Shown here in pieces: positions 25,395 to 38,862 of a DNA stretch of 64,000 nt. A program made the position numbers and the translations under genes. Every line of letters starts with the position of its first letter. The stretch's first letter is position 1. Origin of the DNA: Octopus sinensis (Eukaryota). The notes beneath the pieces were generated by a model. That model had not been told where the DNA came from. It made no database searches and saw nothing but the letters and a program-made list of their open reading frames with translations. The DNA lies in contig NC_042998.1 of the NCBI RefSeq assembly GCF_006345805.1, positions 29,760,001 to 29,824,000 of the forward strand. Direction: 5' to 3'.

Positions 25395-25757
25395 CAAGGT
25401 AGAAAATGCTAAAATAATTTTATGAAAAACATTTCGGTACCGGTTCCGGTCATTGAAACTTTTTCAACTGTAAGTATGTAAAACAATTAAATTTTGGAAA
25501 AATGAAATGAAGAGTATTTTAAAAGAATATTTACTCTTTTACTCTTTTACTTGTTTAAGTCATTTGACTGTGGCCATGCTGGAGCACCGCCTTTAGTGGC
25601 GCAAATCGACCCTAGGACTTATTCTTAATAAATTTAGTACTTATTCTATCGGTCTCTTTTGCCGAACCGCTAGTGACGGGGACGTAAACACACCAGCATC
25701 GGTTGTCAAGCGATGTTGGAGGGACAAACACAGATACACAAACACACACGCATACAT

Positions 25758-25790
<33 letters not shown>

Positions 25791-26030
25791 CGACAGACTT
25801 CTTTCAGTTTCCGTCTACCAAATCCATTCACAAGGCTTTGATCGGCCCGAGGCTATAGTAGAAGACACTTGGCCAAGGTGCCCTGCAGTGGAACTGAACC
25901 CGTAACCATGTGGTTCGTAATCAAGCTATTTGCCACACAGCCACTTTGCACCATAGTATTCAAATATAAGGGGCATTTTCCTTGCTTCTGCGTGTCTCTG
26001 TCTCTCTCGTTTACTCTTGTGAGTTCGAAG
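25395..26030. mobile_element. Single arm of the 28.2-29.1 kb foldback family, interrupted by SINE B
   Basis: 25395-25530 and 25950-26030 match consecutive parts of 28183-28400. Confidence 0.65.
25532..25946 (-). mobile_element. SINE B
   Basis: Full head, CORE-like block, microsatellite and tail. Confidence 0.9.
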
Positions 26031-26509
26031 CAAGGATATTACTTACTATTGTCAATTAATCTGTAGGTAATATAAATCGATTTTAAAGCCTGTATGTTTT
26101 CATTAAAGTGATATATTTGACACTTACAAAATATCTGTCTCGTTTCGCTTACGGTCCATGGGAATTGCAAAATTATGCGTGTATTAAAAAAGTGTGTAGG
26201 TCAGAGAATGTAGAACAATGAAAAAATATATTTAGAACAATCTTTAATAATGCCAGAAAATAATATGTCACAAATAGTGATGTCTGCGTCGGAGTAAATG
26301 AAAATATGTAACCTATTGACCAAGCCTTAAACCATTTTCTTACGCATTTACTACAGCCGTCCTACGGTAATTGTTTTATGACATTCTCATATTCTACATA
26401 ATTTTCAATAAGCAAAAATAAATCATGGAAAAACTAGCTTAGATATCGAAGAAGACAAAAGTACTTTTAAATTCATTTTCTTTTAAATATAAATTTTATT
26501 GTAGTAAAG

Positions 26510-26720
26510 TTGTTTTGCCAACATAACATGGCAGTCCCGGTTTAGGACGAATGTTGCTGTAATTTAGCCAGAGGAGACATCGTCTCCAGATGGCTATACT
26601 ATACGATCTGGGTCCTTATATTTTCAAACAAGGGAATCTATCACCCCAACTCAGCTCACAAAACAATATCTCTGTACCGCGATTTCCGGGTTGTTTCCTT
26701 TCATCAGCACAGAATAATAA
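26510..26720 (-). ncRNA. Diverged F2 module with decayed hammerhead (26669-26713)
   Basis: Minus strand: tctgtg | CTGATGA | aagg aaacaa cccg | GAA | ATCGCGGT | A | cagaga. Flank gtccttatattttcaaacaaggg is homologous to 15325 and 30780. Confidence 0.55.
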
Positions 26721-26817
26721 TTGTGGTTGGGAAGCAAGCTTCTTACCACACAGCCACGCCTGCACCCATGATTGTTGAATATATGAGTAGGTATCTAGTC
26801 GTTCGTGTGTATGTATA

Positions 26818-26982
26818 TAGGCACAGGAGTGGCTGTGTGGTAAGTAGTTTGTTTACCAACCACATGGTCCCAGGTTCAGTCCCACTGCGTGGCACCTTGC
26901 GCAAGTCTCTTCTACTATAGCCTCGGGCCGACCAAAGCCTTGTGAGTGGATTTGGTAGACGGAAACTGAAAGAAGCCCTTCG

Positions 26983-27073
<91 letters not shown>

Positions 27074-27264
27074 TGTGTCTGTGTTTATCCCCCTAGCGTT
27101 GCATGACAAACGATGCTGGTGTGTTTGTGTCGGCAGAAGAGACCGATAGAATAAGTACTGGGTTTACAAAAGAATAAGTCCCGGGGTCGAGTTGCTCGAT
27201 TAAAGGCGGTGCTCCAGCATGGCCGCAGTCAAATGACTGAAACAAGTAAAAGAGTAAAAGAGTA
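26818..27264 (+). mobile_element. SINE B
   Basis: Full length with (TA)n(TG)n centre. Confidence 0.9.
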
Positions 27265-27762
27265 TAAGCATCAATTTATAGGTAGATATATAAATGTGTG
27301 TGTGTTACTGTGTGTGTTAATGTGTGTGTATGCGTGTGTGTGTGTATTAATAAATATGAGTGTATGTATGTGTATATAAATATGTCGTTCGTCGTGTATC
27401 TACTACTTTGACTCTTTCAATTATTTACTTATTCATATAACATCTTGTAAGCAGGTTGCCATGCATTTATAGGACACGCAACACGACTTTCTGAGTGTTT
27501 TAAAAATTTTGCATAATTGAATGCTACACAAATTATCACTATATCTTCTTCTTCTTCTTCTTCTTCTTTCCGTTTCGTTACCCTTTTGTGTGCTTATTGT
27601 GTGTGTGTGTGTCTATGTGTGTCTGTGTCTATGTACGCATCTGTGTGAATGGGTTTATTCAAATACATTCTATATGTAAGCGTATGCATCCTCGCATCTC
27701 CTTACATTGAGTGTTAGCAATCATAGATATCGCGTGCTTGAACGAATTTACGTTCATGTGTA

Positions 27763-27862
27763 NNNNNNNNNNNNNNNNNNNNNNNNNNNNNNNNNNNNNN
27801 NNNNNNNNNNNNNNNNNNNNNNNNNNNNNNNNNNNNNNNNNNNNNNNNNNNNNNNNNNNNNN
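27763..27862. other. Assembly gap (100 N)
   Basis: Exactly 100 N, likely a placeholder of unknown true size. Confidence 0.99.
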
Positions 27863-27875
27863 ATATACAAATGAG

Positions 27876-28182
27876 CAGGAGTGGCTGTGTGGTATGTAGC
27901 TTGTTTACCAAAACACGGTTCCGGGTTCAGTCCCACTGCGTGGCACTTTGGGCAAGTGTCTTCTACTATAGCCTCGATCCACCAAATCCTTGTGAATGGA
28001 TTTGGTAGACGGAAACTGAAAGAAGCCCGTCGTATATATGTATGTATATATGTGTGTGTGTCTGTTTGTGTGCTTCTGTTTGTGTGTCTGTGTTTGCCCC
28101 CAACATTGCTTGACAACCGATGGAGGTGTGTTTACGTCCCCGTAACATAGCGGTTCGGCAATAAAGACCGATAGAATAAGAC
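27876..28182 (+). mobile_element. SINE B, 3'-truncated
   Basis: Head caggagtggctgtgtgg; stops at gatagaataag where the foldback begins. Confidence 0.85.
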
Positions 28183-29087
28183 GAGGCAGAAAAAACTAGA
28201 ATAATTTTATCACGTAGAATATTTTAGTACCGGTTTCAGACTTTGCAATTTTTTCAACTTAGAGTAAAGCATGAAAAACAATTAAATTGTGGAAAAATAA
28301 AATGAAATGTTTTTTAAAAATATTTCAATAGTTTTCAAATGCGCAAGGGACATTTTCCTCTTTTGTGTTTGTCTCTGTCTCTCTCTTTTACTTATGGTAG
28401 CAGGTAGTAGTAGTCCTAATATGAATTCTTTGTTTTGATCGTTTTAGCAGCAGTAGCAACTGAGAAAGGAGGTGATGACGACGACGATGACGAAGAAGAA
28501 GAAGAAGAAGAAGAAGAAGAAGAAGAAGAAGAAGAAGAAGGAGAAGAAGAAAAAGGAGAAGACGAAGAAGAAGAGGGAGTAGGAAAAAGAAAGAAAAAAT
28601 ATAAAAAAATGCGGATTCCTTCATCATCCTACTACTGTCATACCACTCATGCATTTTTGATTATTCTTTCTCTCTTTTTTACTCTTCTTCTTCTTCTTCT
28701 TCTTCTTCTTCTTCTTCTTCTTCTTCTTCTTCTTCTTCTTCTTCTTCTTCGCCTTCTTTCTTAGCTACTACTGCTGCTTAAACAATCAAAACCAAGAACT
28801 CATATTATGACTACTACTACTACTATCTGCTACCTACTAAAAAGATCTCACATAAGTAAGAGAGAGAGAGAGAGAGGGAGGTGGGGAGAGAGACAGACAG
28901 ACAGAAAAAATCAGACAATGTCCCTTGTATTTGAAAACTATGGAAATATTTTTAAAAAACATTTCATTTAGATTTTCTACAATTTAATTGTTTTTCATGC
29001 TTTACTCTAAGTTGAAAAAGTCGCAAAGTCTGGAACCGGTACTAAAATGTTCTTCGTGATAAAATTATTTTATCAGTTTCTACCTTC
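28183..29087. mobile_element. About 900-bp foldback (palindromic non-autonomous element)
   Basis: aataattttatcac (28200) pairs with gtgataaaattatt (to 29069). Arms stay complementary through (GAA)n/(CTT)n up to a loop of about 37 nt (28614-28650). Confidence 0.85.
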
Positions 29088-29515
29088 TCTTATTTTCCTT
29101 ATACATATCAACTTGTCTGATACATACACACATACATACGTATATACAGTATTATTACATACACAACACAGACACACACACACAACCACACACAATATAT
29201 ATATTTATATATATATATATATATATATATACATACATAGAAATTTGCTAAAATGATATATCAGAATAGCATATATAGAACAATTAAGAAAGCAGAAATT
29301 TTGCCGATTATTCTTAATTTAATTTTCTCTTTCAAGAGATAAAATAAAAATAACCTCCATTATAGAGTTATATTTTTAATGTACATATTTTATTTCCATG
29401 TGTTGAATTATGTTTGCCGTCAGGAGACCAACATGAAATGTAGCGTCCAACGTAGCATCAAAGTTTTAAATATAATATAATAGAAACAGAGAGGAAAAAG
29501 AAAAAAGAGAATAAG

Positions 29516-29556
<41 letters not shown>

Positions 29557-29789
29557 CTATTGACAGAGAGGTTATACTGTCGGTACTCGTCTACAAATAT
29601 ATGCGCTTAGATATATGTGTGTCTGTGTGAGAATGTGTGTGCACGTGTGAGTGCATAGTATGCGTAATATATATATATACACTACATACATATAGGTGTG
29701 TGTATGTGTGCTTGCTTGCCCATGAACGCACATGTATATAAATGAGCAAAGGAAGGAAAGAAAGGAATGATGGGAAGAGAAAAAAAAAA

Positions 29790-30205
<416 letters not shown>

Positions 30206-30321
30206 TGTTATATTCGGAATGGTCATAGTTTCAGTTTAGCCAATTAAAAACACACGCACTATATATTTGGTGTTACTTGCTTCAGTGTTATATATTCTTT
30301 ACATTAATCTTATCTTATTTC

Positions 30322-30365
30322 GGCCAGAGTTCTTTCGTCACACTCCTGTGACCGCATCAGTGGTT
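30322..30365 (-). ncRNA. Hammerhead-like motif with variant core (family F4)
   Basis: Minus strand: cca | CTGATGC g | gtcac aggagt gtgac | GAA | AG aa CT | C | tgg. A9 is replaced by C; stems I and III are short. Confidence 0.35.
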
Positions 30366-30732
30366 CTTTGTTTTTTTTGTTTTCTTCTTTCTTATTTGTG
30401 TCTCTTCTTACTAACCGTCAGCCATTTTGTATTTCTATTGTATGTCTTCATTTGCGCATGCTTATATCTCTATGTGTGTCTATGTTTATTTAGTGTGTGT
30501 ATGTGGGGGGATGCTTGTAATATTTGTATCTTCTGTTTATATACGTTCATGTACTTTGTTTTTGTTGTTTTTGTTTTTGTTTATTCTTATTTTGTTCATG
30601 TGTTTACATCCACTTATTATTATCATTACATATGCTTGTATGTATGTATGTAAGTATGTATGTATGTATGTATGTATGTATGTATAACAACAATACTAGT
30701 AATAATAATAATAAATAAAAAAATATATATAT

Positions 30733-30890
30733 ATTGGCCCCAGGAAACACCGTTTTCCAGTTGGCCATAACATTTCCTGTGTCCTTATGTTTTCAAAGAG
30801 GGGAGATAATCACCTCCATCCAGCAAAGCCCGCTTGCAGAGACTAGTTTCAGAATCATTGCTCATCATCATCAGGACTTGCAAGCTGTCG
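30733..30890 (-). ncRNA. Diverged F2 module with decayed hammerhead (30832-30885)
   Basis: Minus strand: gcttgcaagtc | CTGATGA | tgatgag caatga ttct | GAA | ACTAGT | C | tctgcaagc; ends at (TA)n. Confidence 0.55.
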
Positions 30891-30989
30891 ATGCTTATTC
30901 CGATTTGAAAGCATACAGGTTTCAAGTGAAATGCATTCACCGATCTACAGAATCAGAAATATTACGTATATATATATATATATATATGG

Positions 30990-31310
30990 GATATGCAGGA
31001 GACTGAGTGGGAGAGCAATGCCTTTCATTGCCACAGATGGAGTAAGCATGTTAAGGAGGGTCGATACCTTTGAGAGATCACGTATTCTGCACGAAGAACT
31101 TAAATGTGCTGCTCGAAAGTGCACTGCTAGTGTAGTGGATTGGGAAAGCTTGGTTTGCAACGTTAGCAGTCGTGTATGCTTGTCAAGAACAGGGCTCATT
31201 ACCCACCAATGGAGCCACAGATGCAAAATATATGCTAGTCCTCTAGCGCACAGTGTTCCTAAAGGTCAGCAATGGTCTTCGTCGGTAACGAATGGACGAC
31301 CATCATGTAT
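30990..31310 (+). mobile_element. RTE (BovB-like) LINE 3' end
   Basis: RRVDTFERSRILHEELKCAARK...LVCNVSSRVCLSRTGLITHQWSH; 3' UTR resembles 13740-13785. Confidence 0.7.
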
Positions 31311-31583
31311 GCATGTACATAGGTATGGATGTATGTACTAATGTATGGATGTACAAATGTACTTTCATGGCTTTGTGTGTTGTACGAAAATGGGTTCCCA
31401 TTTGAGTTTATTTCAAGGTTTTTCTTATAGAGAAAGTGTATTAAATTGACGTACTTAAGTTACCGGTGCCGTGTATTGTTAGTCAGCTTAACCTATTTAA
31501 GAACGTTGTTGTTTGAGGCTAAGTATAAATGGCTCATAGAGGAATACGAAAAATCCTTATAATAAATGTTAAACTTAAATACA

Positions 31584-31815
31584 TATTTCTTTATTACCCA
31601 CAAGGGGCTAAACATAGAGGGGACAAACAAGGACAGACATAGGTATTAAGTCGATTATATCGACCCCAGAGCGTAACTGGTACTTAATTTATCGACCCCG
31701 AAAGGATGTGAAGGCAAAGTTGACCTCGGCGGAATTTGAACTCACAACGTAACGACAGACGAAATACGCTAAGCATTTCATCCGGCGTGCTAACGTTTCT
31801 GCCAGCTCGCCGCCT
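31584..31815 (-). mobile_element. SINE A
   Basis: 17-bp TSD tgttaaacttaaataca (31567-31583 and 31820-31836). Confidence 0.9.
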
Positions 31816-32203
31816 TTCTTGTTAAACTTAAATACAGTCGCGCTTTGCTTATAACAAATTCTAAAGAAAAGATTAAGAAAAGTTGTTCTTTATGTAAATA
31901 TTTACATATACACAGGTGTGTGTTCATGTGTGCCGTTCGTCTGTGTATGTGCTGATTTTGTGAGTACAAATTCACACTGCCACAATCTCAACAGAACGGA
32001 CGTATTTGACCATATAAACGTTCGATCTGACTGGAATACATTTGAACGACTAAGGATTACTAAATAAAGAACTGAAATTGCTAGAATTGGAATTTCGAAC
32101 GGAATGAAGTGCTTCGATTACCGCCAAACATTTTGTTCATCAAAGCATGGTCACTACAAACTCCTGCTCTACAATATATACTATATTATTCATACGCAAT
32201 ATA

Positions 32204-32432
32204 GGCGGCGAGCTGCCAGAAACGTTAGCACGTCGGGCGAAATGCGTAGCCGTATTTCGTCTGCCGTTACGTTCTGAGTTCAAATTCCGCCGAGGTCGAC
32301 TTTGCCTTTCATCCTTTCGGGGTCGATAAATTAAGTACCAGTTAAGCACTGGGTCGATATAATCGACTTTATCCGTTTGTCTGTCCTTGTTTGTCCTCTC
32401 TGTGTTTAGCTCCTTGTGGGTAGTAAAGAAAT
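32204..32432 (+). mobile_element. SINE A
   Basis: About 21-bp TSD tact(a/g)tattattcatacgcaa. Confidence 0.9.
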
Positions 32433-33062
32433 ATATATATGTACTGTATTATTCATACGCAAGCGTGTTCTACCTATCGTAACCCGTGTAAACGATTATA
32501 AGTAAATATTTATGTATGTATGTACATTAAAAAAACATTATTTGAAGGTGGTATGTTGTTTTGAATAGAAATTTATTAAAAGTAAAATAACAACGATGCT
32601 TTCACCTAATGCTGTAGAATCTCTATTTTCGATTGACTAGAGTCATTATTAGTCTTCTAATTTCATTTTCATACAGAAAATCCTTTGTTCTATAAAAAGA
32701 AGCTAATTTTAGCATTGTAATAAAGTGTTTCGAGAAAGCCGCAACGCCTTGGAGATACGTAAATTTTCCCTTTTGATCTGTTTACTTCATACGCCACAGG
32801 ACACGTGATAGCCATAATATTCCGAATCTAATATTGATTTATTTTATTGTTAACGATCACCCATTTTTAGTCACTCAATTCATCTCTCAATATGTTATTC
32901 GTACGTATTTCATATATTTCGGCTGAATATGAATTTAAAACTTAAATGAATTTAAATAAATACTGACTGGTATCATTCTGGTCCTTTGCCGAATTTTATA
33001 TCCATAGCTCTTACAATAGTGAATGTAGCTAAGATACGTTGTGGGACAATGCAGTTATATTG

Positions 33063-33485
33063 CTCTTTTACTTGTTTCAGTCATTAGATTGTGGCCATGC
33101 TGGAGTACCGCCTTTAGTCGAGGAAATCGACCCCAGGACTTATTCTTTGTAAGCTTAGTACTTATTCTATCGGTCTCTTTTGCCGAACCGCTAGGTTACG
33201 GGGACCTAAACATACTAGCATCGGTTGTCAAACGATGTTGGGGGGGACAAACACAGACACAGACACACACTCACACACATACACACACACACATACACAC
33301 ACACATATATATATATATACATAAATACTACGGGCTTTTTTCAGTTTCCATCTACCAAATCCACTCACAAGGCTTTGGTCGGCCTGAGGCTATTATAGAA
33401 GGCACTTGCCCAAGGTGCCATGCATTGGGACTGAACCCGGAACCATGTGGTTGAGAAGCAAGCTACTTACCATACAGCGATTCCT
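33063..33485 (-). mobile_element. SINE B
   Basis: Full length with central microsatellite. Confidence 0.9.
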
Positions 33486-33545
33486 CAACATTGTTTCATT
33501 AAAACGTTTCTATGGCTGATGTTGTATTTCAATATCAGGACGTAA

Positions 33546-33700
33546 TTGGTACTTAATTTATCGACCCCGAAAGGATGAAAGGCAAAGAGAGGGTTTCACA
33601 AAGTCGACTTCGGCGGAATTTGAACTCAGAACGTAACGGCAGACGAAATACGGCTACGCATTTCATCCGGCGTGCTAACGTTTCTGCCAGCTCTCCGCCT
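33546..33700 (-). mobile_element. SINE A, 5' part, followed by (AAT)n(GAT)n
   Basis: Head and core motifs present. Confidence 0.85.
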
Positions 33701-33732
<32 letters not shown>

Positions 33733-33920
33733 TATAATAATTATAATAATGATGATGATGATGATGATGATGATAATCATAATAACAATAATAATGATAA
33801 TGATAATAATAATAATAAATAGGAGAGTTGGCGACAGTTGTTAAGATGAGAGAAGGAAAGAATGAGCGTAAGCTTGTGAAAATTTCATTTCGTTTAAAAT
33901 ATTAACCTCCTACAAATGTA

Positions 33921-34280
33921 TAGGGTGGTGCAAAACTCTTGTCACTCCTTACTGAAAAGTAATATGAACAATAGAGAAACAGTATAATAATATCAAGCAG
34001 ATTTAACTGGTTTTAGAACATTCACTTTCATTGACACTGACACTCTCACACATCTACAAGGTCAGTATAAACACCATCATTTTCGTGTTATAGAATGGTG
34101 CGCTGGCATCTCCTGTGTTGATATTTTATGAAACTGTGCTTTGGTGATCATTGCAACGCTTCCGAAACAGCGTCCTTCAACTGTTGGGTATTCTGGCATC
34201 GCTCTTGTGAAACCCTCTCTTCGTGAATAGAAAATTAAAACAATATCTACAGGTGGTGACAAGAATTTCGGACCACCCTG
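33921..34280 (-). mobile_element. Tc1/mariner-derived short element
   Basis: Imperfect TIRs tagggtggtgcaaaactcttgtcac and gtgacaagaatttcggaccaccctg; residual C-terminal-like peptide QQLKDAVSEALQ. Confidence 0.65.
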
Positions 34281-34520
34281 CACATTAATATAGGAGACGC
34301 AGTGAGATTTTATTCTTCATTTATATTCCTCGTAAGTCCACTACACAAAGGATATTTATTATGAATAGTTTAATGCGATTCATGTTTCGTTTAAAATGTT
34401 ATATATGAACTCTATTTTCTTTTGTAGAAACAATAGGAAATTCTGTAACTTATAGCTTTCGTGGGTGGAATCTACAGAGTTGTCTGTATTCCAAACAGTA
34501 AAGCAAAAAATTTCAAGGGT

Positions 34521-34920
34521 CAGGAGTGGCTGTGTGGTAAGTAGCTTGCTTACCAACCACATGGTTCCGGGTTCAGTCCCACTGCGTGGCACCTTGGGCA
34601 AGTGTCTTCTAATATAGTCTCGTGCTGACCAACGCCTTGTGTGTGAATTTGGTAGACGGAAACTGAAAGAAGCCCGTCGTATATATGTATATATATATAT
34701 GTATGTATATATGTTTGTGTCTGTGTTTGTGCCCCGAACATCGCTTGACAACCGATGCTAGTGTGTTTACGTCCCCGTAACTTAGCGGTTCGGCATAAAT
34801 AGACCGATAGAATAAGTACTAGGCTTACAAAAAATAAGTCATGGGATCGATTTTCTCGACTAAAGGCGGTGCTCCAGCATGGCGGTAGTCAAATAACTGA
34901 AACAAGTAGAAGAGAAAGAG
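34521..34920 (+). mobile_element. SINE B
   Basis: Full length. Confidence 0.9.
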
Positions 34921-35409
34921 AAGTAATTTTCAAATGTATTAATAAAGTAAAAAAAAAAAATCGACCAACCGACTCCGGGTAACGAACCAAGTTCGCGAAA
35001 TACTCGCCTCTAATTTACAGCTCGCTGTATATATTCATAAAGTATTTCATATCACACGGAACTTAGAATACATTTAAGCAATATTACAAGTCATAGAAAT
35101 TAAATAAAAACTGATATTTTTTATCATTCAGAGTTTTCATATTTTTGTACTACTTCGTTTTAATACTTAATAGCAAGATATTGGATTACCGTGTTGTTTC
35201 CGCCACAGAAGATATTTTCTTGCACTTGTTTTTTTCTTTCTTATCTTTTCTTTTCTTTTCTTTTTTTCTTTCTCATTATTCCCGTGAAATTATTTACAGA
35301 GAAGACTTTTCTCTTCCGCAAGTTCTATTCAGATGGCTTAATGTCCACACCGAGAATTTAATTATTCTGAGGAAATTAATTAGGCATCCTATATTTGTCT
35401 GAGAACTTC

Positions 35410-35692
35410 TTAATATATACATACATACATACATATATATATATAATATATATATGTATGTATGTATATATACATATATATATATATGTATGTATGTATA
35501 TATACATATATGTATATGTATGTATATATATACATATGCACGCACATACAGATACTTATATTCATATCTATATGAACCCATATCATTTCAAATATATGGA
35601 TATATATATATATACACACATATATACATAATATATAATATATTATATAATATATATATATATATACATATATATATACACATATATAGATA

Positions 35693-35725
<33 letters not shown>

Positions 35726-35728
35726 GTG

Positions 35729-35766
<38 letters not shown>

Positions 35767-36046
35767 GCACACACAGATACTTTATTTATATCTATATGAA
35801 CGCATATCATTTCAACTATATATATATATATAATATCTATATATTATATATAGATATATTGATAGAGATAGATATATAGGAGATATATATATAGATAGAT
35901 ATATATAGAGGTATAGATATAGAGATAATGATATATATATCTATATATAGATAGAGATATATACAGATATATATATTATATAGATAGATATAGATATATA
36001 TATATATATATAGAATATATACAGATATATATATTATATGATATAT

Positions 36047-36095
<49 letters not shown>

Positions 36096-36457
36096 TATAT
36101 ATACAGATATATATATCTATATATATATATATATATATATACAGAGATATATATATATATATATATAGATATATATATATACGGTAATAGATATATATAG
36201 ATATACGTATTAGATATTATAGATATATATATACGTATATATATGACTATATAGATATATATAGAGGAATTGATATAGATATATATATAGATAATATATA
36301 TATACGTAGATATAGATAGATATATATATATAAATATACGTAGAGATAGAATATATAGATATTATATAGTATATATATATTATATATATATATATATATA
36401 TACGTATTATGATATATATTATATATAATATATATACGTATATAGATATATATATAT

Positions 36458-36509
<52 letters not shown>

Positions 36510-36775
36510 TAATATACAGATACAATATATATTAATATATTTATAAAGATATATATACAGATATATATAATATATATATATATAACGATATATATACAGA
36601 TATATTATATATATATATATATATATATACAGATATATATATATATATATAATATATATAAGTTTAACAATTAAGGATAATCTCTTAATAAGAATGACTT
36701 TTTCCCTCCTAGTGTGAGGCATTTATGTGTAATTATGCCCCTATATACATATATATATATATATATATACAGACG

Positions 36776-36817
<42 letters not shown>

Positions 36818-37011
36818 TATATATTATATATATATATATATACGTATATATATATACAGATATATATATAATATATATACGTATATATATATACAGAGAT
36901 ATATATAGATATATATATACGTATAGATATATATATACAGATTATATATATATATATATACATACGTATATATATATAATATATATATATCTATATATAT
37001 ATATATATATC

Positions 37012-37055
<44 letters not shown>
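35410..37055. repeat. About 1.6-kb degenerate (TA)n array with interspersed GA/CAG variants
   Basis: Directly visible; interrupted by unique sequence at about 36660-36745. Confidence 0.95.
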
Positions 37056-37468
37056 GCTTGGGCAATCAAACAGCGTTTTGAGACGTAGCTGATGATTTCT
37101 CTTTGTTTGCAGACGACTCGCAACTAGTATTTCGAAGGCTAATATACACAGAGAAAATACTGTGCTACAGTCGTGACACGAGTATTGCAGTATTTTCTAG
37201 ACATCTCTTTTAGTTATGTATACAGTGCTAGACTTCATGCTAGCATTTGATACCTTACTATGGCCTGAAAATCTCAAACTAAATAGAATTGTTTAGCAAG
37301 TTATTGCTGCTGCTGATGCACAGCTTTAAGTCAACACCAGATAAATATATAATATCAAATATATAATATCAAATGCGTTCCACTCACAGACATAACGTCT
37401 TTTCCCCAAATTGCGGGAAAACCCCGATCGCATTAACAAATGTCTCATTTTCTACGATAGTGCTCCTT

Positions 37469-37910
37469 AACTCTTTTGCTTGTTTCAGTCATTTGACTGC
37501 GGCCATGCTGGAGCACCGCATCTTAGTCGAGCAAATCGACACCAGGACTTATTCGTTGTAAGCCTAGTACTTATTGTATCGGTCTCTCTTGCCGAACCGC
37601 TAGATGACGGGGATGTAAACACACCAGCGTCGATTTTCAAGCGATGTTGGGGGTGGGGCAAACACAGAAACACAAACATATATACACACATACGTAAATA
37701 TACACATATACACACACACATATATATATATATGTACATATATACGACGGGCTTCTTACAGTTTCCGTCTACCAAATCCACTCACAAGCCTTGGTCGGCC
37801 CGAGGCTATATTAGAAGACACTTGCCCAAGATGACACGCAGTAGGATTGAACCCGGAACCATGTGGTTCGTAAGCAAGCTACTTACATCACAGCCACTCC
37901 TGAGCCTATA
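37469..37910 (-). mobile_element. SINE B
   Basis: Full length. Confidence 0.9.
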
Positions 37911-38051
37911 GTAGGAAATATTCAAATAAGATTTGGCTACTAATTTTCTGTATAGCGAGAGATCATGTACAGGTTCCTTTGCTGGCTTGCGTTGGATACA
38001 TGTAATGTAATAGTGTCAGACTGAAGGAGGGACTACTCTGATGTTATGAAA

Positions 38052-38442
38052 TCTATATATATAAAGCTGAAGTTGTCTGTGTGTATGACAGGTTTGGTAG
38101 CCTTCAACTAACACTATCTCCTCCGAGACCCTTAGGCGCAAGTTGACCAAAATCGAGAGTATGATAGAAGAAGGCTTGCTCTTCCTTCCGTAGAAGAAAA
38201 CATTCAAATCGGACCATGTTAACACCAAAGATTATTTACATCAAAAAGGTGCTTTTTTTTCTATGAAAATCCCCATTTTTACGATTTTTGACTGCCATGT
38301 CGCCATTTTTCGGTGTATTTCAACCAGAAAAATGTTCACTTCAAGAGAATAACAAGCTACATAATGCAAAAGTTTTACTTTTCAAAAATTCCAATTCTAA
38401 AGGGTCGAAACAAGCCCGAGCAACGCCGGGTGATACTGCTAG
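38052..38442 (+). mobile_element. Non-autonomous Helitron-like element (391 bp)
   Basis: A|TC start (tctatatatataaagc), subterminal hairpin cccgagc-aac-gccggg (38415-38430), CTAG|T end, no TSD. Confidence 0.75.
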
Positions 38443-38629
38443 TGGTTGATTAGAATAGACCTGGGTTCTTTTTTTACTTCAATGATTAATACTCATGTGA
38501 AATAAAAAGAGTGTATGAACATTATTTGTTTCCTTACTGTTTTGTGTCAAATTTCAAAAATGTGCTGCAGTGTTATTCAAAAAAATTAGTCTGGTATGAA
38601 ATCTATTTCAGTTAATGGTAAAAGATACC

Positions 38630-38862
38630 TATTTCTTTTCTACCCACTTGTGGATAAACACAGAATGGACAAACAAAGACAGACAAACGGATTAAGTCGA
38701 TTACATCGATCCCAGTGCGTAACTGGTACTTATTTAATCAACCCCGAAAGGATGAAAGGCAAAGTCGACCTCGGCGGAATTTGAACTCAGAACTTAACGG
38801 CAGACGAAATACGGCTACGCATTTCGCCCGGCGCGCTAACGTTTCTGCCAGCTCGTCGCCTT
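38630..38862 (-). mobile_element. SINE A
   Basis: 15-bp TSD atggtaaaagatacc (38615-38629 and 38863-38877). Confidence 0.92.

Noticed and set aside
27711-28116. ORFs spanning the N run
   Set aside because: Artefacts of the assembly gap and SINE B.
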